DNA of 48,530 nt from a virus (IMGVR_UViG_3300044472_000066:1-48530), one strand, 5' to 3'. Shown: positions 25,702-35,902, counted from the first letter of the stretch. The notes: generated from the sequence alone by a model not told the origin. Translations and numbers: made by a program.

Positions 25702-28700
25702 ATTTTCGACTCCGGAAAGGACAAGGAAACGTCGGTGCCCGGTATTTCGACCTCGGCGCGCAGATTGTAAATATTATCGAACTTCGCCTTGCAAGTCGCT
25801 GCGGCGAGATCGCATCCGGCCGTGCACATGTACTGATCGCCGATCTCGATATCGAAGGGCATGCGCTCGAAGAGCTCGAACTGCCCGCCGGGACCAAAAA
25901 TGGTCCCATCGGCGATCGGGCTCACCACGTCCTGAAAGACTTCTATCGCTGTCTGATCCGTCATCGAATCGTATGTCGCGGAGACGACATCATAGTTCGC
26001 GTCATTAGACGTCGAGCCGTTAACTGAGAAGCGAAGATCACTGGTAAACTTCGCCGTCTGATCGCCGCTGACCAAAAACTTATCCGCAGCGGTATCGACG
26101 GCGACGATCGTATAAGAAGTCGTCAAAAAATCTTTTACTTCCTTGCTAATGCCGAGGTTCGCACCGCTCAAGAAAGTCAGCTTGCCATAGGCGAAAAAGC
26201 CGCGCGGCGCGCTTATCGGTGCGGAAATAAATCCAGTTACGCTCGCGCTCGGGATCGAGCTGGACACGTTGACGCGAGTGCGCGCCCCGTCGAGGCTCGC
26301 CGAGCTAACGGCGTAAACTCCATCGTTGCCGTCGCTACCGATAACCGTAACGGTCGCGCCCGACTCAAAAAAGCTGGTGATGTCGCCGTCGACCTCGAAG
26401 TAGGCCGGCGATTGAGAAACAACGCGAATGGCATAGTTCGCGATCTGCGCGCCGACGCCTAGGCCAAGGGTCGGCGGTTCGCTGCGCATACTGTCCAAGA
26501 AAAAGCGCCGGTTGAGCACCGAGGTTACCGAGCCAAAAACCGTCAGCGCCTGAATCGCGGTCCATTCGGCGGTTCCGTCGAGAGTGACAGCGCCGATGCG
26601 CGGATCCCAGTCGGGCTCGATCACATTTCCAAGACCCGATTTTGAACAATAAAAATGACGATTAAGATAGAGACTCGGCTTCACCACCGAGCCAGCGCCA
26701 GCATCCCCAGCTGGCCGGAGGGTCCAATATCTTCCGACCAACAGCGTCCCGTCGGCGGTCGAACTCGGGATGGCCTCGCTGACTCCATAGGTCGTTTTGT
26801 CGGCGCCTGAATCATAGGATCTAGTCAGGACGGAGTAAGTCCCGTTATTGCCCGCGGAATTAATAATGCCGATCTTCGCCGAAGTGGGTGCGTTCCCCGC
26901 GACCGTAACTTCCTTAAGCGTTGTATCGACATCCGTGATGGCGAACGCCCGCCCCGCACGCCAGAACGGCGGATCGAGCCGGACATGGCAACCAAAGCCC
27001 GGCCGGCGATAATCGTGGACATCGTCACCCAGCACTGCGCGACAGAGCTTGGAGTAAAGATCGCCGACCATCTGCTGAAGATAAATCGTCTTGCCGCGGA
27101 GCTCGCTCTCATGCGTACCGCGATTCATCTTGATCTGGCCAATATTGCCGCTGCCGGGCAAAATAATCCTGCCCTGAGAAAGATCGTTATAGTTCACATA
27201 AAAAAGTTCGGCGCGCGCATGGTCGAAGCGGCCGACGTCAAGATCGGTATCGCTCAATCCTTCGATGATAATGCCAGCGGCCTCAGACTTGACACGGTTC
27301 GGCATCAGTTGGACGATTTCCATAAAATCGACGCTAAGATCCGACCCGCCTTTCATCGAGCGCGGCATGTAACCGACGCCTGAGCGGTAGCGAAGACCCG
27401 GAATAAAGATTCCGACCGGCTGCTGGAGTTGCACCGAGCCGTTGGAGTTCTGCGCGACAACGATCACCGTCGGCTGAGACGGAGTCGGCGTGAAACTGAC
27501 CGATCCACTCGGCGGCAGGCCAGTGCCGACGCCGGGAATATCGACGCTGTCTCCGCTGCTGGAATAATCGACCGTCACGCTTCCACCGGGCGAAACCGCA
27601 GGAGGGGCTACAACGACATCAACGGTGGGCAGGTCTTCGCCGCCATATTCATAGCGGCCCATGTCAGGATTGGCTCCAGTGTAGGCGATGCCGTTGATGA
27701 CGAGCTCGCCCGCATCGATGCAAGGGCTCGAAGCCTGTAGAAAAAAGTTTTCCACTATCGCGGGATCGAAAATATCCGGAGAGCCGAGCCCGCCATCCCA
27801 GAGGCGCGGCATTGAAACCGTCTCCTCAACGAGTAATGGATCAGCTTGCAGCGAACCGGATTCGCCGGCCTTTTGGCGCCAGGCGGAAAAATCTGTGCCG
27901 CTTAGGCCGCCCCAGTAGAATTCGTTCGGCGCGAACGGGTTATAATAAAGATTGCTGATGAAACTGCTGTCTGTGGGCGCGGGATTAACGCGGATGCTCG
28001 GATTGCCGGCAATCTGATTGCCACCGCCACGAACGATATTGTTGGCGAAGGTAATCGCATCGATGCCGGCGCCCCGGTTGTCGATCAAGACGCCAACATC
28101 GTTGTCAACGAACGTATTGTTAGCGATAAGCCAGTTCGCGAAAAGATGCCCCGCTTCCTCTGGGAAAGCCTGAAAGCCTACGCCAGCATTTACCACCAAA
28201 TTTTTAACAACCTTGAGCCCGGAAAGACTGGGCTGAAAGCTTGAGTCGGGCTCGACAGCCGCGCCAATGCCTAGCGAATTGCTATGATTGCGGCCAAAGG
28301 AATCCACCGTCGGCCAGGTTTTGGCCGCGTTGGAGAGAAAAACAAAATTCTCCTGAAGGGTGACGTCGTTCGCGCCATCGACGTAGAGGTTGACACTCCA
28401 GTTGTCAGCAATGACATTGCGCCGAAAGATCGTGCGCGAGGAACCAATACCTGTGGACAGCCCTTCGCCGTGATTCCAATAGATCAGGCAATCCTCGACG
28501 ATATTATCGGTTCCGCCCCCCTGCGAAGTCACGCCCGCACCCCAGATGCCCCCGCGGTCATAGATTTTGCCCCGCGGCCAATTGAGCAGGACATTGTTGT
28601 AAACCGTGCATCCCTTGATCAGATTGCGGCTACTGCCACCCCAGCTCGAGATGCCGGTGCCGATCGCGCCAGTGACGATGCAGTTGAGAATCTGATTGTC

Positions 28701-29051
28701 GCTACCGCCATAGGTCAAAATACCGGTGCTGCCGCCCATGGTCGTCAGGCCGTCTACGACAATCCGGGAACAGTAAGAGAGATCAATGCAAAAAACTTCT
28801 GGACTGGGAGGAGAATCGGGGTCAACGGTGTAGTTAATTACCGGGCTCTGTCCGCTATCGGCCTTAAAAGTGATCGGCAAACCTTCGGCGCCCGAGCGCA
28901 CTGCATGAAAGGGCGCAAAGGTTCCGGTGCGAAAAAAGACCGTATCTCCAGGCTGAGCCACATCGGCCCCATGCTGTGCGGTCAGAAACGGCTGAGCCAG
29001 AGTGCCGGGATTGGAATCGTTTCCCGCTGGATCGACATAGTAATTCAACAT
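25698..29051 (-). CDS. fusion of a right-handed beta-helix (pectate lyase-like) domain with the body of the DUF2163/BR0599 tail hub
   Basis: YYVDPAGNDSNPGTLAQPFLT..AQPGDTVFFRTGT start with PbH1-like repeats; then LSVDFMEI...GRFDHA, YSKLCRAVLGD...C, TAGCD...C.AKFDNIYNLRAE. Confidence 0.85.
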   Translation of the reverse strand: MLNYYVDPAGNDSNPGTLAQPFLTAQHGADVAQPGDTVFFRTGTFAPFHAVRSGAEGLPITFKADSGQSPVINYTVDPDSPPSPEVFCIDLSYCSRIVVDGLTTMGGSTGILTYGGSDNQILNCIVTGAIGTGISSWGGSSRNLIKGCTVYNNVLLNWPRGKIYDRGGIWGAGVTSQGGGTDNIVEDCLIYWNHGEGLSTGIGSSRTIFRRNVIADNWSVNLYVDGANDVTLQENFVFLSNAAKTWPTVDSFGRNHSNSLGIGAAVEPDSSFQPSLSGLKVVKNLVVNAGVGFQAFPEEAGHLFANWLIANNTFVDNDVGVLIDNRGAGIDAITFANNIVRGGGNQIAGNPSIRVNPAPTDSSFISNLYYNPFAPNEFYWGGLSGTDFSAWRQKAGESGSLQADPLLVEETVSMPRLWDGGLGSPDIFDPAIVENFFLQASSPCIDAGELVINGIAYTGANPDMGRYEYGGEDLPTVDVVVAPPAVSPGGSVTVDYSSSGDSVDIPGVGTGLPPSGSVSFTPTPSQPTVIVVAQNSNGSVQLQQPVGIFIPGLRYRSGVGYMPRSMKGGSDLSVDFMEIVQLMPNRVKSEAAGIIIEGLSDTDLDVGRFDHARAELFYVNYNDLSQGRIILPGSGNIGQIKMNRGTHESELRGKTIYLQQMVGDLYSKLCRAVLGDDVHDYRRPGFGCHVRLDPPFWRAGRAFAITDVDTTLKEVTVAGNAPTSAKIGIINSAGNNGTYSVLTRSYDSGADKTTYGVSEAIPSSTADGTLLVGRYWTLRPAGDAGAGSVVKPSLYLNRHFYCSKSGLGNVIEPDWDPRIGAVTLDGTAEWTAIQALTVFGSVTSVLNRRFFLDSMRSEPPTLGLGVGAQIANYAIRVVSQSPAYFEVDGDITSFFESGATVTVIGSDGNDGVYAVSSASLDGARTRVNVSSSIPSASVTGFISAPISAPRGFFAYGKLTFLSGANLGISKEVKDFLTTSYTIVAVDTAADKFLVSGDQTAKFTSDLRFSVNGSTSNDANYDVVSATYDSMTDQTAIEVFQDVVSPIADGTIFGPGGQFELFERMPFDIEIGDQYMCTAGCDLAAATCKAKFDNIYNLRAEVEIPGTDVSLSFPESKI

Positions 29052-29052
29052 T

Positions 29053-29421
29053 TCAGGAGTCCGAGTCCAAGATTAGATCGCGAATAAACTCGGTGAATCC
29101 GATCACCTTGCGCGCCTCGCCTTTGTTTTCATACTCCCCATAGGCCGTGGTGTCCTGATCGATGCGAAAAAAATAGTTATCGACGCGTAGCACGTTGAAC
29201 TCTCGATTATTCAGTTCCGTCATGCCGCGCACGCCGACGATTCTCGTAGTGTCGCCGTCGACGAAACCATGAGGCCATTGGGTCTGCACCAGCCCGGGAT
29301 TTGAATTGAAAATGCGCAGGATCTGCGGCTGATACTTTGTCAGGATAATTTTCACGCACATGCACAGCGAGGTGTTTTCAAGGCCAATGTGGTCGGCGAG
29401 CGCGGCGCTGGCGGATTTCAT
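29053..29421 (-). CDS. N-terminal fragment of the DUF2163 hub with an inserted FCCH-like domain
   Basis: LADHI...TSLCMCVKI ... VIGFTEFIRDL; insert HGFVDGD..IVGVRGMTELN. Confidence 0.75.
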   Translation of the reverse strand: MKSASAALADHIGLENTSLCMCVKIILTKYQPQILRIFNSNPGLVQTQWPHGFVDGDTTRIVGVRGMTELNNREFNVLRVDNYFFRIDQDTTAYGEYENKGEARKVIGFTEFIRDLILDSDS

Positions 29422-30593
29422 ATCAGCCTCAGTTCAATTACCGGCAGATCGACGCCAGCGGCCTCCCAGGCCTCGAAACTGAAAGGGATATGATCGGTGT
29501 CAAAGCGAACAGGGAGGTCGTAGATATAGCCAGCGGTCATCCGCTCGGCGACCGCGAAAGTGCCGCTGCCAGTAAAAGTGGAGAACAGGAGCGAGTTCAC
29601 GTCGACCCGGAAATGACTGGCGTCGATCACTTCGACCACCGTCGCCTCCACTGAGTTTATCTGCGTCATGCCGCCGATCCCGGAAAAGATCCCGACATCG
29701 CCGGCGACGAGACCATGCGCGCCGGAGCTCGTCACCAGCGCTAACGCTTTTTTCGCAATGCCGATGATCGAGACACCGAAAGCGAAATTTTGTCGCTGGG
29801 TATTTAAAGTCCCGCCGGTGGTGAAAGCCGAATAAGCGCTCGTATCGACATCGACGGTGAAGATGGATCCGCTGGCGCCGCTAATGGTCCCGCGCTGGCC
29901 GCGGATCTGGGTCATTCCGCCAATGTCCGAGCCAAAATGAACTGAGCGGCCGTCAGTGAGGCCGTGGGCCGTCGAGGTCGTCACCACTGCGGCCGGCGCG
30001 TTGGTGATATTGGAGATGGTGCGCTGGATATTGGTCCCGAGCGTGATTCGTCCGACAGTCTCGTGTCCGAGTGCGGCGAGATCATCGGGCACGTAGTCGA
30101 GGTCGAACTCGGTCGGGCCGAGCTCCACACCTTCGATCGCGACTAGCACGGTGTCGACTCTCGGCTTTGTGATCGTCTTGCGCTCGAAAAAACTGCCATA
30201 GCGCGAAGTATAGATAAGCTGAAAAATATCAGTAGTCGCCCGATCGATCGAAATCACCTGATCGGTCGCCGAGATCGCGTCCTCGCTCTCGGCCTCGGGT
30301 CCGGCGCGCGTGATCGGAACGCTCTTATAGTCGCGCCAGTCGCGCACTCTAAAACCGCGCGCCATGCCGCGGCAGGCGCGAAAAATATGGTTGACGAGCT
30401 GGGCCTTTCCTAAAAGCCGGGGGCCATACCCGAGAGTAAATCGGCGCCGGTGCTCCGGCCAAAACGAATTTCGCTGCTCGCGACCGGACTCCAACACGGC
30501 CACGTCGGTGTTAAATAGCGCGCCGCCCGGCTGGTGAAAGCTCACATCGGTCGGAAAGATCGGCGATTCGAGGAATGCTATCTCGTGGGCCAT
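29418..30593 (-). CDS. distal tail protein (DUF2460-like) with two FCCH-like insertions
   Basis: GG..FNTDVAVLESGREQRNSFW, GMARGFRVRDWRD, TAGYIYDLPVRFDTD; HGL..G...GGMTQI twice. Confidence 0.85.
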   Translation of the reverse strand: MAHEIAFLESPIFPTDVSFHQPGGALFNTDVAVLESGREQRNSFWPEHRRRFTLGYGPRLLGKAQLVNHIFRACRGMARGFRVRDWRDYKSVPITRAGPEAESEDAISATDQVISIDRATTDIFQLIYTSRYGSFFERKTITKPRVDTVLVAIEGVELGPTEFDLDYVPDDLAALGHETVGRITLGTNIQRTISNITNAPAAVVTTSTAHGLTDGRSVHFGSDIGGMTQIRGQRGTISGASGSIFTVDVDTSAYSAFTTGGTLNTQRQNFAFGVSIIGIAKKALALVTSSGAHGLVAGDVGIFSGIGGMTQINSVEATVVEVIDASHFRVDVNSLLFSTFTGSGTFAVAERMTAGYIYDLPVRFDTDHIPFSFEAWEAAGVDLPVIELRLI

Positions 30594-30602
30594 AGGCGTG
30601 TT

Positions 30603-33600
30603 TTAACTATTCCGCGCAGCCGCTTTCACTTGCCTGCCCAGCTGCGCCGAGATCTGCTGCATGGACTGGCGATTTTGAAAATTGGGATTGATGATATTGA
30701 TCGTCATCGCATCCGCGCCGCGCGAGGTTGTCCTGCGTTCAAGTAGACTTGCCGGCGCGGCCATTACCGAAGGGCTACTTTCGGAGCTTCCCACCTGGCC
30801 GCCGAAATCAAAGCTCGGCAGGGCGCGTGTGTGGAAAAATATTTTACCGCCGCCTTCGAAGCGCGGCATTGCGCGTTCCGAGCGCGTGAGCGCCTTGGCC
30901 GCGACTTCGGCCGGGATCGCGCCATTTTTCCTGATCCAGTCCAGATTAGAGACGCCGATCCGATCGACAACTTTTTTCGGTACGACGTACTCGCCCTGGT
31001 GCGCGATGATCGGCACTTCCCCCGGCGCGAGGCCGCCGGCTTGGAACCGAGAGAGGCCGGCGCTATTTGCGACATTCGTGATCTGCGTGCTATTGACCGT
31101 TTTCTCAACCATCGAGGAACGAGCTTCCGAGACGACGACTCGCCCGCCGCCCTCGAAACGCGGGAGCATGCGTTCGTGTGCCGTCAGCACTTTTGCCGCG
31201 ACCTCCTTCGGGATCGCGCCCGCCTTGCGAATGCGTTCGAGATCCGCCAGGCCGATCCGGTCGACCGCTTTTTTCGGCAGGACGTATTCGCCCTGGTGCG
31301 CAATGATCGGCACTTCACCCGGCGCGAGGCCGCCGCTTTGAAAATGAGGAAGGGGAGAATCTTTTGCCCGGATTTCACTGCTGCTCGAGGAGCCTACCTT
31401 GCCGCCGGTCTCCAGTCGCGGCGCACCGCGCCATTCTACTTTTCCCCCTGAGCTGTACGTGTTGGTTAGGATTTGGGCGAGATTGAGGCCAAAGCCGCCG
31501 AAAGAAGATTGCGCCGCGCCGGCAATGCCCGGCAGAGCGCCGCCCAAGCTCGATGCGTTGGCCGTTTCGATCGCGGCGATCGCAGTCGCCTGTAGGGCGC
31601 TGATGCTCGCTTCGGTTGTCGCGCCGAGAGTAGTGATGCCGGCCTCTGCGGTGCTCCCGACCGTGGTGATTTCAGTCGTTGCCGCAGTCGCCGCCGTCTG
31701 GATAGCGGCGATGCTCGCTTGATCTGCCGCGGTTCCGGCGATCCCGGCCGCTCCCTTGCCGAGGCCCGGCAGAGTGAGAAAAATCTTGCCAAAAAGAGAA
31801 TTTGCCTGGCTCTTGATGAAATCTTCGAGAGGCTTGGTGATAAAGGCTTCGTTCAGCGCGCGGCGGATATTGCTCGTGAGATTTTTCAGCGCATCTTTGA
31901 GCTTCGCTCCGCCGCTGAGGTCGTCGAGGAAAGAGGAAAAGCCCGAAGCGACACCGCTGAAAGCATCAGCAAAGTGCTGCGCCGCCTTGGCGTCCTCAAG
32001 CTGGGCTTTGAGCTGTTGCAAACGCGGATCGAGCGGATCGAGGCCCTGAGAGATTAGCTGACGGATCGCATCGGTTAGCTTCCCAACGGTCTCCGCAGGC
32101 AAATCCACCGCGCTGCCGAGAAGCTCTGCTTCGACGGCAGTCTGGTGCAGGCCGAGGTCGAGATTTCTGAGAACTGTGTCGGCTTCGCTGAGTTTCGCCT
32201 GCGGGCCGAGCTGAGCCGCCGCGGCGCGGCCGGCGCCGGTGCGCAGCTTCAGCAGTTGATCGATTGCCGCCCTCTGCGCGTCGCCGATCTCGGCGGGGAC
32301 GTTTATCTCGAGCGGCCCTAATATATTCGCCCGCTGAAAAGTGTCTTCGATGCTCTTTTTAAGATTGTCGAGAACCCTGTCGACCTCGGCCTGATCGAGC
32401 TCCGCCTTGGTTTTGATGACGAGTTCGTCCTGCGGCCCGAGCTTGAGCTCGCTGCGGAGTTTTTGCAGCTTGGCGCGCAAATCCTCGACCTCTTTGCCCG
32501 ACTTGTCGAAAGCATCGCCGAAGACCTGCGAAAAAAAGTTGGCATCGCTCTGGGCTTTTTTGAACTCTGCTTCGATCGCCTGGATATCGAGAATTTTTAG
32601 CGCGCCGCTCGGCGCCGGCTCTTGCGCCTGGCGAATACGCTCGATAACCGACTCCAATTTTTTCGGCAGCTCGTCGAGATTGCGGATCTCAAAGACGCGA
32701 TTTAAAAACTCGGGATCGCGCGAAGCACGCTCGGAGAGCGCGATAAACTCCTCGCGCGCCGCTTTGATCTTGTTCGCCAGCGCGGCTGGATCGATGCCGG
32801 CGAAAGCCTGGGCGACGGCTTTTTGCGCGCCCGCCGGCGAAGTGCCGCCCGCGATCAATTGTGCGATCACGTGCTGCTTTTTGGCCGCGAGCTCTTGCTC
32901 TATCGCGAACTTCTTTGCCGCATCGGCGCCCTGGAAAAAGGCGATGTTCTGTTCCTGGAGCTTAAGGATCTCCTTTTCGATCGATTCGAGAAAAGCATTG
33001 GCCGCCTCAGTGGCGGTCTTTATCGCGCTTGTGTTCGGCAGCAATCCTTGGAAGGGCGGCTGCCGTTTTTTGACGGCCTCCACCAGATTTTTGCTCGGGT
33101 CGAAATTGGCGAGGAAACGGTCGCCGATCTTTTCCATCTTCGACTCGACACCCTCGATCGCCTTGTCGAAGTTCTTTGAGCCGAAATCGATCTGGTTAAA
33201 CGTCAGCGCCTCCGCGACTAGCGGCGCGACCCTGAGAATTTTGAGCAGGCTTTCCGTAAGCGCCAGCGCGGAAAAGGCGCCGAGCTCAAAAACGTAAGAA
33301 GTTCCCTTAGCTGCCGTGGTGACGAGATCGAAGGCATCCTTTCCGCCGGATAATGCCTTTATGACCTCACTTAGGCCGGCAACGACATCGCCGGTGGTTC
33401 TGCCGACATCGAACAGTGATTCGACTACGGCGACCAGCGGCTGCACGGTCAGATTGGCAAACGCCGCCTTGGCAAAGGTGATCTGATCGGCGAGTTTGCC
33501 CAATCGCTCATACGCTTCGGCCGTGGCCGCGTCGAGCTTGGGAATGCCATTTTCCGCCAGCTGGAGCACAGTCGGAATCAGCTCCGCCGAGGATTTGCTG

Positions 33601-34106
33601 AACAGGCGGCCGGCGATCGCGGCGCGTTCATTGGCGTTCGCTACGCCGCCAAGACCGCTGATTATTTGTTGCAGCGCTTTGTCGGCGGACTCGTTGGCGA
33701 GCTGGGCGGGATCGAGCTTGATCGCCCTTAATGCTTCCGCCGCCTGCTTGCCCTCGCCCTCGAAGTCACCAAGGCTGCGCTGAAATTTGCCGAACCCTTT
33801 CGCAAACGTTTCGAGCGAGGAATTGCTCGAATCGAGCACCGGCTTGATGCCGCCCAGTGTCGCGATCGTGAGGCCGGTCTGTGCACTTAAATCGGAGAGC
33901 TGATCGCCGAGATTAAGGACCGATTTGCCGAAGCCGACCACGGCGCCGATGCCCAGGCCGACGCCAAGGACGCCGGAAAGCTGTCCCGCTGCCTGCTGGA
34001 TATTGCCAAATGTGCCCTTGAAGCTGCTTTCGAGGCTTTTCAGATCCTGCTGGATCTTAGTGAGGCTTGCCTCAATGACAATAGTTTGCTTGATTTCGTC
34101 GGCCAC
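30603..34106 (-). CDS. tape measure protein
   Basis: 1167 aa, Ala-rich and helical, after the chaperone genes; duplicated GGLAPGEVPIIAHQGEYV module. Confidence 0.9.
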   Translation of the reverse strand: MADEIKQTIVIEASLTKIQQDLKSLESSFKGTFGNIQQAAGQLSGVLGVGLGIGAVVGFGKSVLNLGDQLSDLSAQTGLTIATLGGIKPVLDSSNSSLETFAKGFGKFQRSLGDFEGEGKQAAEALRAIKLDPAQLANESADKALQQIISGLGGVANANERAAIAGRLFSKSSAELIPTVLQLAENGIPKLDAATAEAYERLGKLADQITFAKAAFANLTVQPLVAVVESLFDVGRTTGDVVAGLSEVIKALSGGKDAFDLVTTAAKGTSYVFELGAFSALALTESLLKILRVAPLVAEALTFNQIDFGSKNFDKAIEGVESKMEKIGDRFLANFDPSKNLVEAVKKRQPPFQGLLPNTSAIKTATEAANAFLESIEKEILKLQEQNIAFFQGADAAKKFAIEQELAAKKQHVIAQLIAGGTSPAGAQKAVAQAFAGIDPAALANKIKAAREEFIALSERASRDPEFLNRVFEIRNLDELPKKLESVIERIRQAQEPAPSGALKILDIQAIEAEFKKAQSDANFFSQVFGDAFDKSGKEVEDLRAKLQKLRSELKLGPQDELVIKTKAELDQAEVDRVLDNLKKSIEDTFQRANILGPLEINVPAEIGDAQRAAIDQLLKLRTGAGRAAAAQLGPQAKLSEADTVLRNLDLGLHQTAVEAELLGSAVDLPAETVGKLTDAIRQLISQGLDPLDPRLQQLKAQLEDAKAAQHFADAFSGVASGFSSFLDDLSGGAKLKDALKNLTSNIRRALNEAFITKPLEDFIKSQANSLFGKIFLTLPGLGKGAAGIAGTAADQASIAAIQTAATAATTEITTVGSTAEAGITTLGATTEASISALQATAIAAIETANASSLGGALPGIAGAAQSSFGGFGLNLAQILTNTYSSGGKVEWRGAPRLETGGKVGSSSSSEIRAKDSPLPHFQSGGLAPGEVPIIAHQGEYVLPKKAVDRIGLADLERIRKAGAIPKEVAAKVLTAHERMLPRFEGGGRVVVSEARSSMVEKTVNSTQITNVANSAGLSRFQAGGLAPGEVPIIAHQGEYVVPKKVVDRIGVSNLDWIRKNGAIPAEVAAKALTRSERAMPRFEGGGKIFFHTRALPSFDFGGQVGSSESSPSVMAAPASLLERRTTSRGADAMTINIINPNFQNRQSMQQISAQLGRQVKAAARNS

Positions 34107-34180
34107 TATCTTCGCTCGCTATGGTTTCGCTTCATATATCATAATTTTGAGATTTGAGATTTGAAATTTGCCATGCTTCC

Positions 34181-34582
34181 TTAGCTTTCGATCATTTCGG
34201 CTCTGCTGACTTTCTTTTTCGGCTGCGCCTTGAGATTGCCGCGCGAGTTTTTTTCCGCCTCGGCGACGATGCCGCTGAAAAATAGATCGATGGCCGCGTC
34301 GCTTGCCTGCGCGATGCGTTCGGAAGCCTGCCGCTCGCCGATCCAAGGAAAAATATCCTCGGCGCGGAAAGGATTGGAGTGACGTTTGGGGTCGCGGTAG
34401 ACGTTGTAGGTCGCGGCGACGATCTCGCCGGCGCGCGTGTATTTTCTTTTTTCCCGGTCGCGAAAGCGCGTGGCCAGCGCATCGAATTCAGTCCAGGTGA
34501 GCGACCAGAAGCGTTCCTCGGAAAGCCCGAGCTCGACTACTGCAAAACTCCAGTGGTCGAGCCAGGGCGTCGGGCCAAAGGG
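34181..34582 (-). CDS. tail assembly chaperone, -1 frameshift extension (gpT-like)
   Basis: ELGLSEERFWSLTWTEF motif in the -1 frame, entered at the slippery site. Confidence 0.75.
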   Translation of the reverse strand, partial: PFGPTPWLDHWSFAVVELGLSEERFWSLTWTEFDALATRFRDREKRKYTRAGEIVAATYNVYRDPKRHSNPFRAEDIFPWIGERQASERIAQASDAAIDLFFSGIVAEAEKNSRGNLKAQPKKKVSRAEMIES

Positions 34583-34980
34583 TCGCCGTCGTGCTCCTTG
34601 TCTTTTTCCTCTTCGTCCTGCGCCTCTTTGGACTTCCGCTTGTTCTGCGCTAGGTAGGCATCCCAGACCCGCGTCATGATCTCGCCGTGTGTGAGAGGCG
34701 ATTGATCGATCAGTTGAGGAATCGTTTCGACCGAGAGCTGTGGCTCTTGCCAGCGAAGGCCGGCCCACAGAAGCACGGTCATCAGGTCCAGCGGAAAGCC
34801 GCCGGAGCCGCTCACTTGCGCCGAGGCTGCCGCGATGATCAGATACTCGATGTTGACGAATTCGGAGATCCGAGCGCCGCGGCGCCGGTTGATCTCGCGC
34901 TCGGCCAGCATCAGCGCTTCCATGCTAAAGCGCAGCTCGCGCTTTTTATCGAGCTCGACCTCGACGGTTTCGACTAGCAT
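34537..34980 (-). CDS. tail assembly chaperone (gpG-like)
   Basis: LDKKRELRFSMEAL...LLWAGL; lies between tube and TMP. Confidence 0.8.
   Translation of the reverse strand: MLVETVEVELDKKRELRFSMEALMLAEREINRRRGARISEFVNIEYLIIAAASAQVSGSGGFPLDLMTVLLWAGLRWQEPQLSVETIPQLIDQSPLTHGEIMTRVWDAYLAQNKRKSKEAQDEEEKDKEHDGDPLARRPGSTTGVLQ
34576..34582 (-). other. -1 programmed ribosomal frameshift site C-CCT-TTG
   Basis: X-XXY-YYZ heptamer in the correct phase near the end of gpG; links to the gpT frame (PFGPTPWLDHW). Confidence 0.75.
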
Positions 34981-35020
34981 TTTCCCCTCCTCGCTTCGGA
35001 TTCGATTTGCGGGCCGCGGC

Positions 35021-35449
35021 TTAAGAGATTTCGACAGCCGTCGGTAACCCTGTAACCTTGATCGACCAGTTGAGAAAGACCGGCGCGTCGAAATTAAGCG
35101 GCATGTCGAATTTACTCACACGACCTTCAAATTCCCATCCGTCGATGGTGTTGCTCAGCAGAGTGCGCCATAGGAGCTTAGTCTGCGCGATAAAGTCGAG
35201 ATAAATTTGTTTATGCATCTCGATGTCGGGATGGTAGACGAGTACGAGCGCGACCTCGTCGCCCGCCTTAAATGTGTCAATGTTTTCCTCGAAGCTCCCA
35301 GGGCTGTCATGGTTGGTCGCATCCGCATAGTTCTGGGTCGCGGACGGCGCCGGGATCACGCGCAGTTGCGGCACGGCGATGAACAGAAGGGTATCGGGAT
35401 TTCTCCGGTAGAGCTGGGCGCCTTTGCCTCGCAGTATTTGACTGGCCAT
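35021..35449 (-). CDS. tail tube (major tail) protein
   Basis: DATNHDSPGSFEENI...FEGRV...IKVTGLPT. Confidence 0.8.
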   Translation of the reverse strand: MASQILRGKGAQLYRRNPDTLLFIAVPQLRVIPAPSATQNYADATNHDSPGSFEENIDTFKAGDEVALVLVYHPDIEMHKQIYLDFIAQTKLLWRTLLSNTIDGWEFEGRVSKFDMPLNFDAPVFLNWSIKVTGLPTAVEIS

Positions 35450-35464
35450 TGTTTTTTCTCTCCT

Positions 35465-35902
35465 TTACTCCATGTTTTGATGACTCGGATCGGACTCCTC
35501 GGTTGCATAACGGGTGGAAAACATAAGATCGGCGCCGGCGCGCGGCAGCTCGGCATCGACGTAAAGATATTTCACGCCGGTTTTGTGCGTGTATTCGGCC
35601 AGGCCGCTGCGGGTCGTATCTGCCTTGACGGCAGCCTCGACGTCGGCCAGCGCGTCCTCAAGCTCATAAAGCGCGTGCTGGTCTTCTTCGTCGACCAAAA
35701 CCCGCACGATAAAATCAAGCACGTTGAGCTCGCTCGCTGCCGGATAAAGTTCAGTGTCTTCATTGGCCGGAAAAAATCCGGCGATCGGGCGCGCGAAGTT
35801 GAAATGCTCGGGCCGTCCGGTCACGATGGTCTCAAGCGATGGAGCAGTTTTCAGCGCTTCCTCGATATCCATCAAAATCAGCTTGCGGATCGAATCGGCC
35901 AT
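35465..35902 (-). CDS. tail terminator / completion protein
   Basis: SIRKLIL...LADVEAAV..D.TRSGLA; synteny. Confidence 0.65.
   Translation of the reverse strand: MADSIRKLILMDIEEALKTAPSLETIVTGRPEHFNFARPIAGFFPANEDTELYPAASELNVLDFIVRVLVDEEDQHALYELEDALADVEAAVKADTTRSGLAEYTHKTGVKYLYVDAELPRAGADLMFSTRYATEESDPSHQNME

Noticed and set aside
27399-29051. Intein or intron interrupting the hub gene
   Set aside because: No intein splice motifs (C/S...HN) or homing endonuclease/RT are seen; the insert encodes a beta-helix domain typical of tail spikes.
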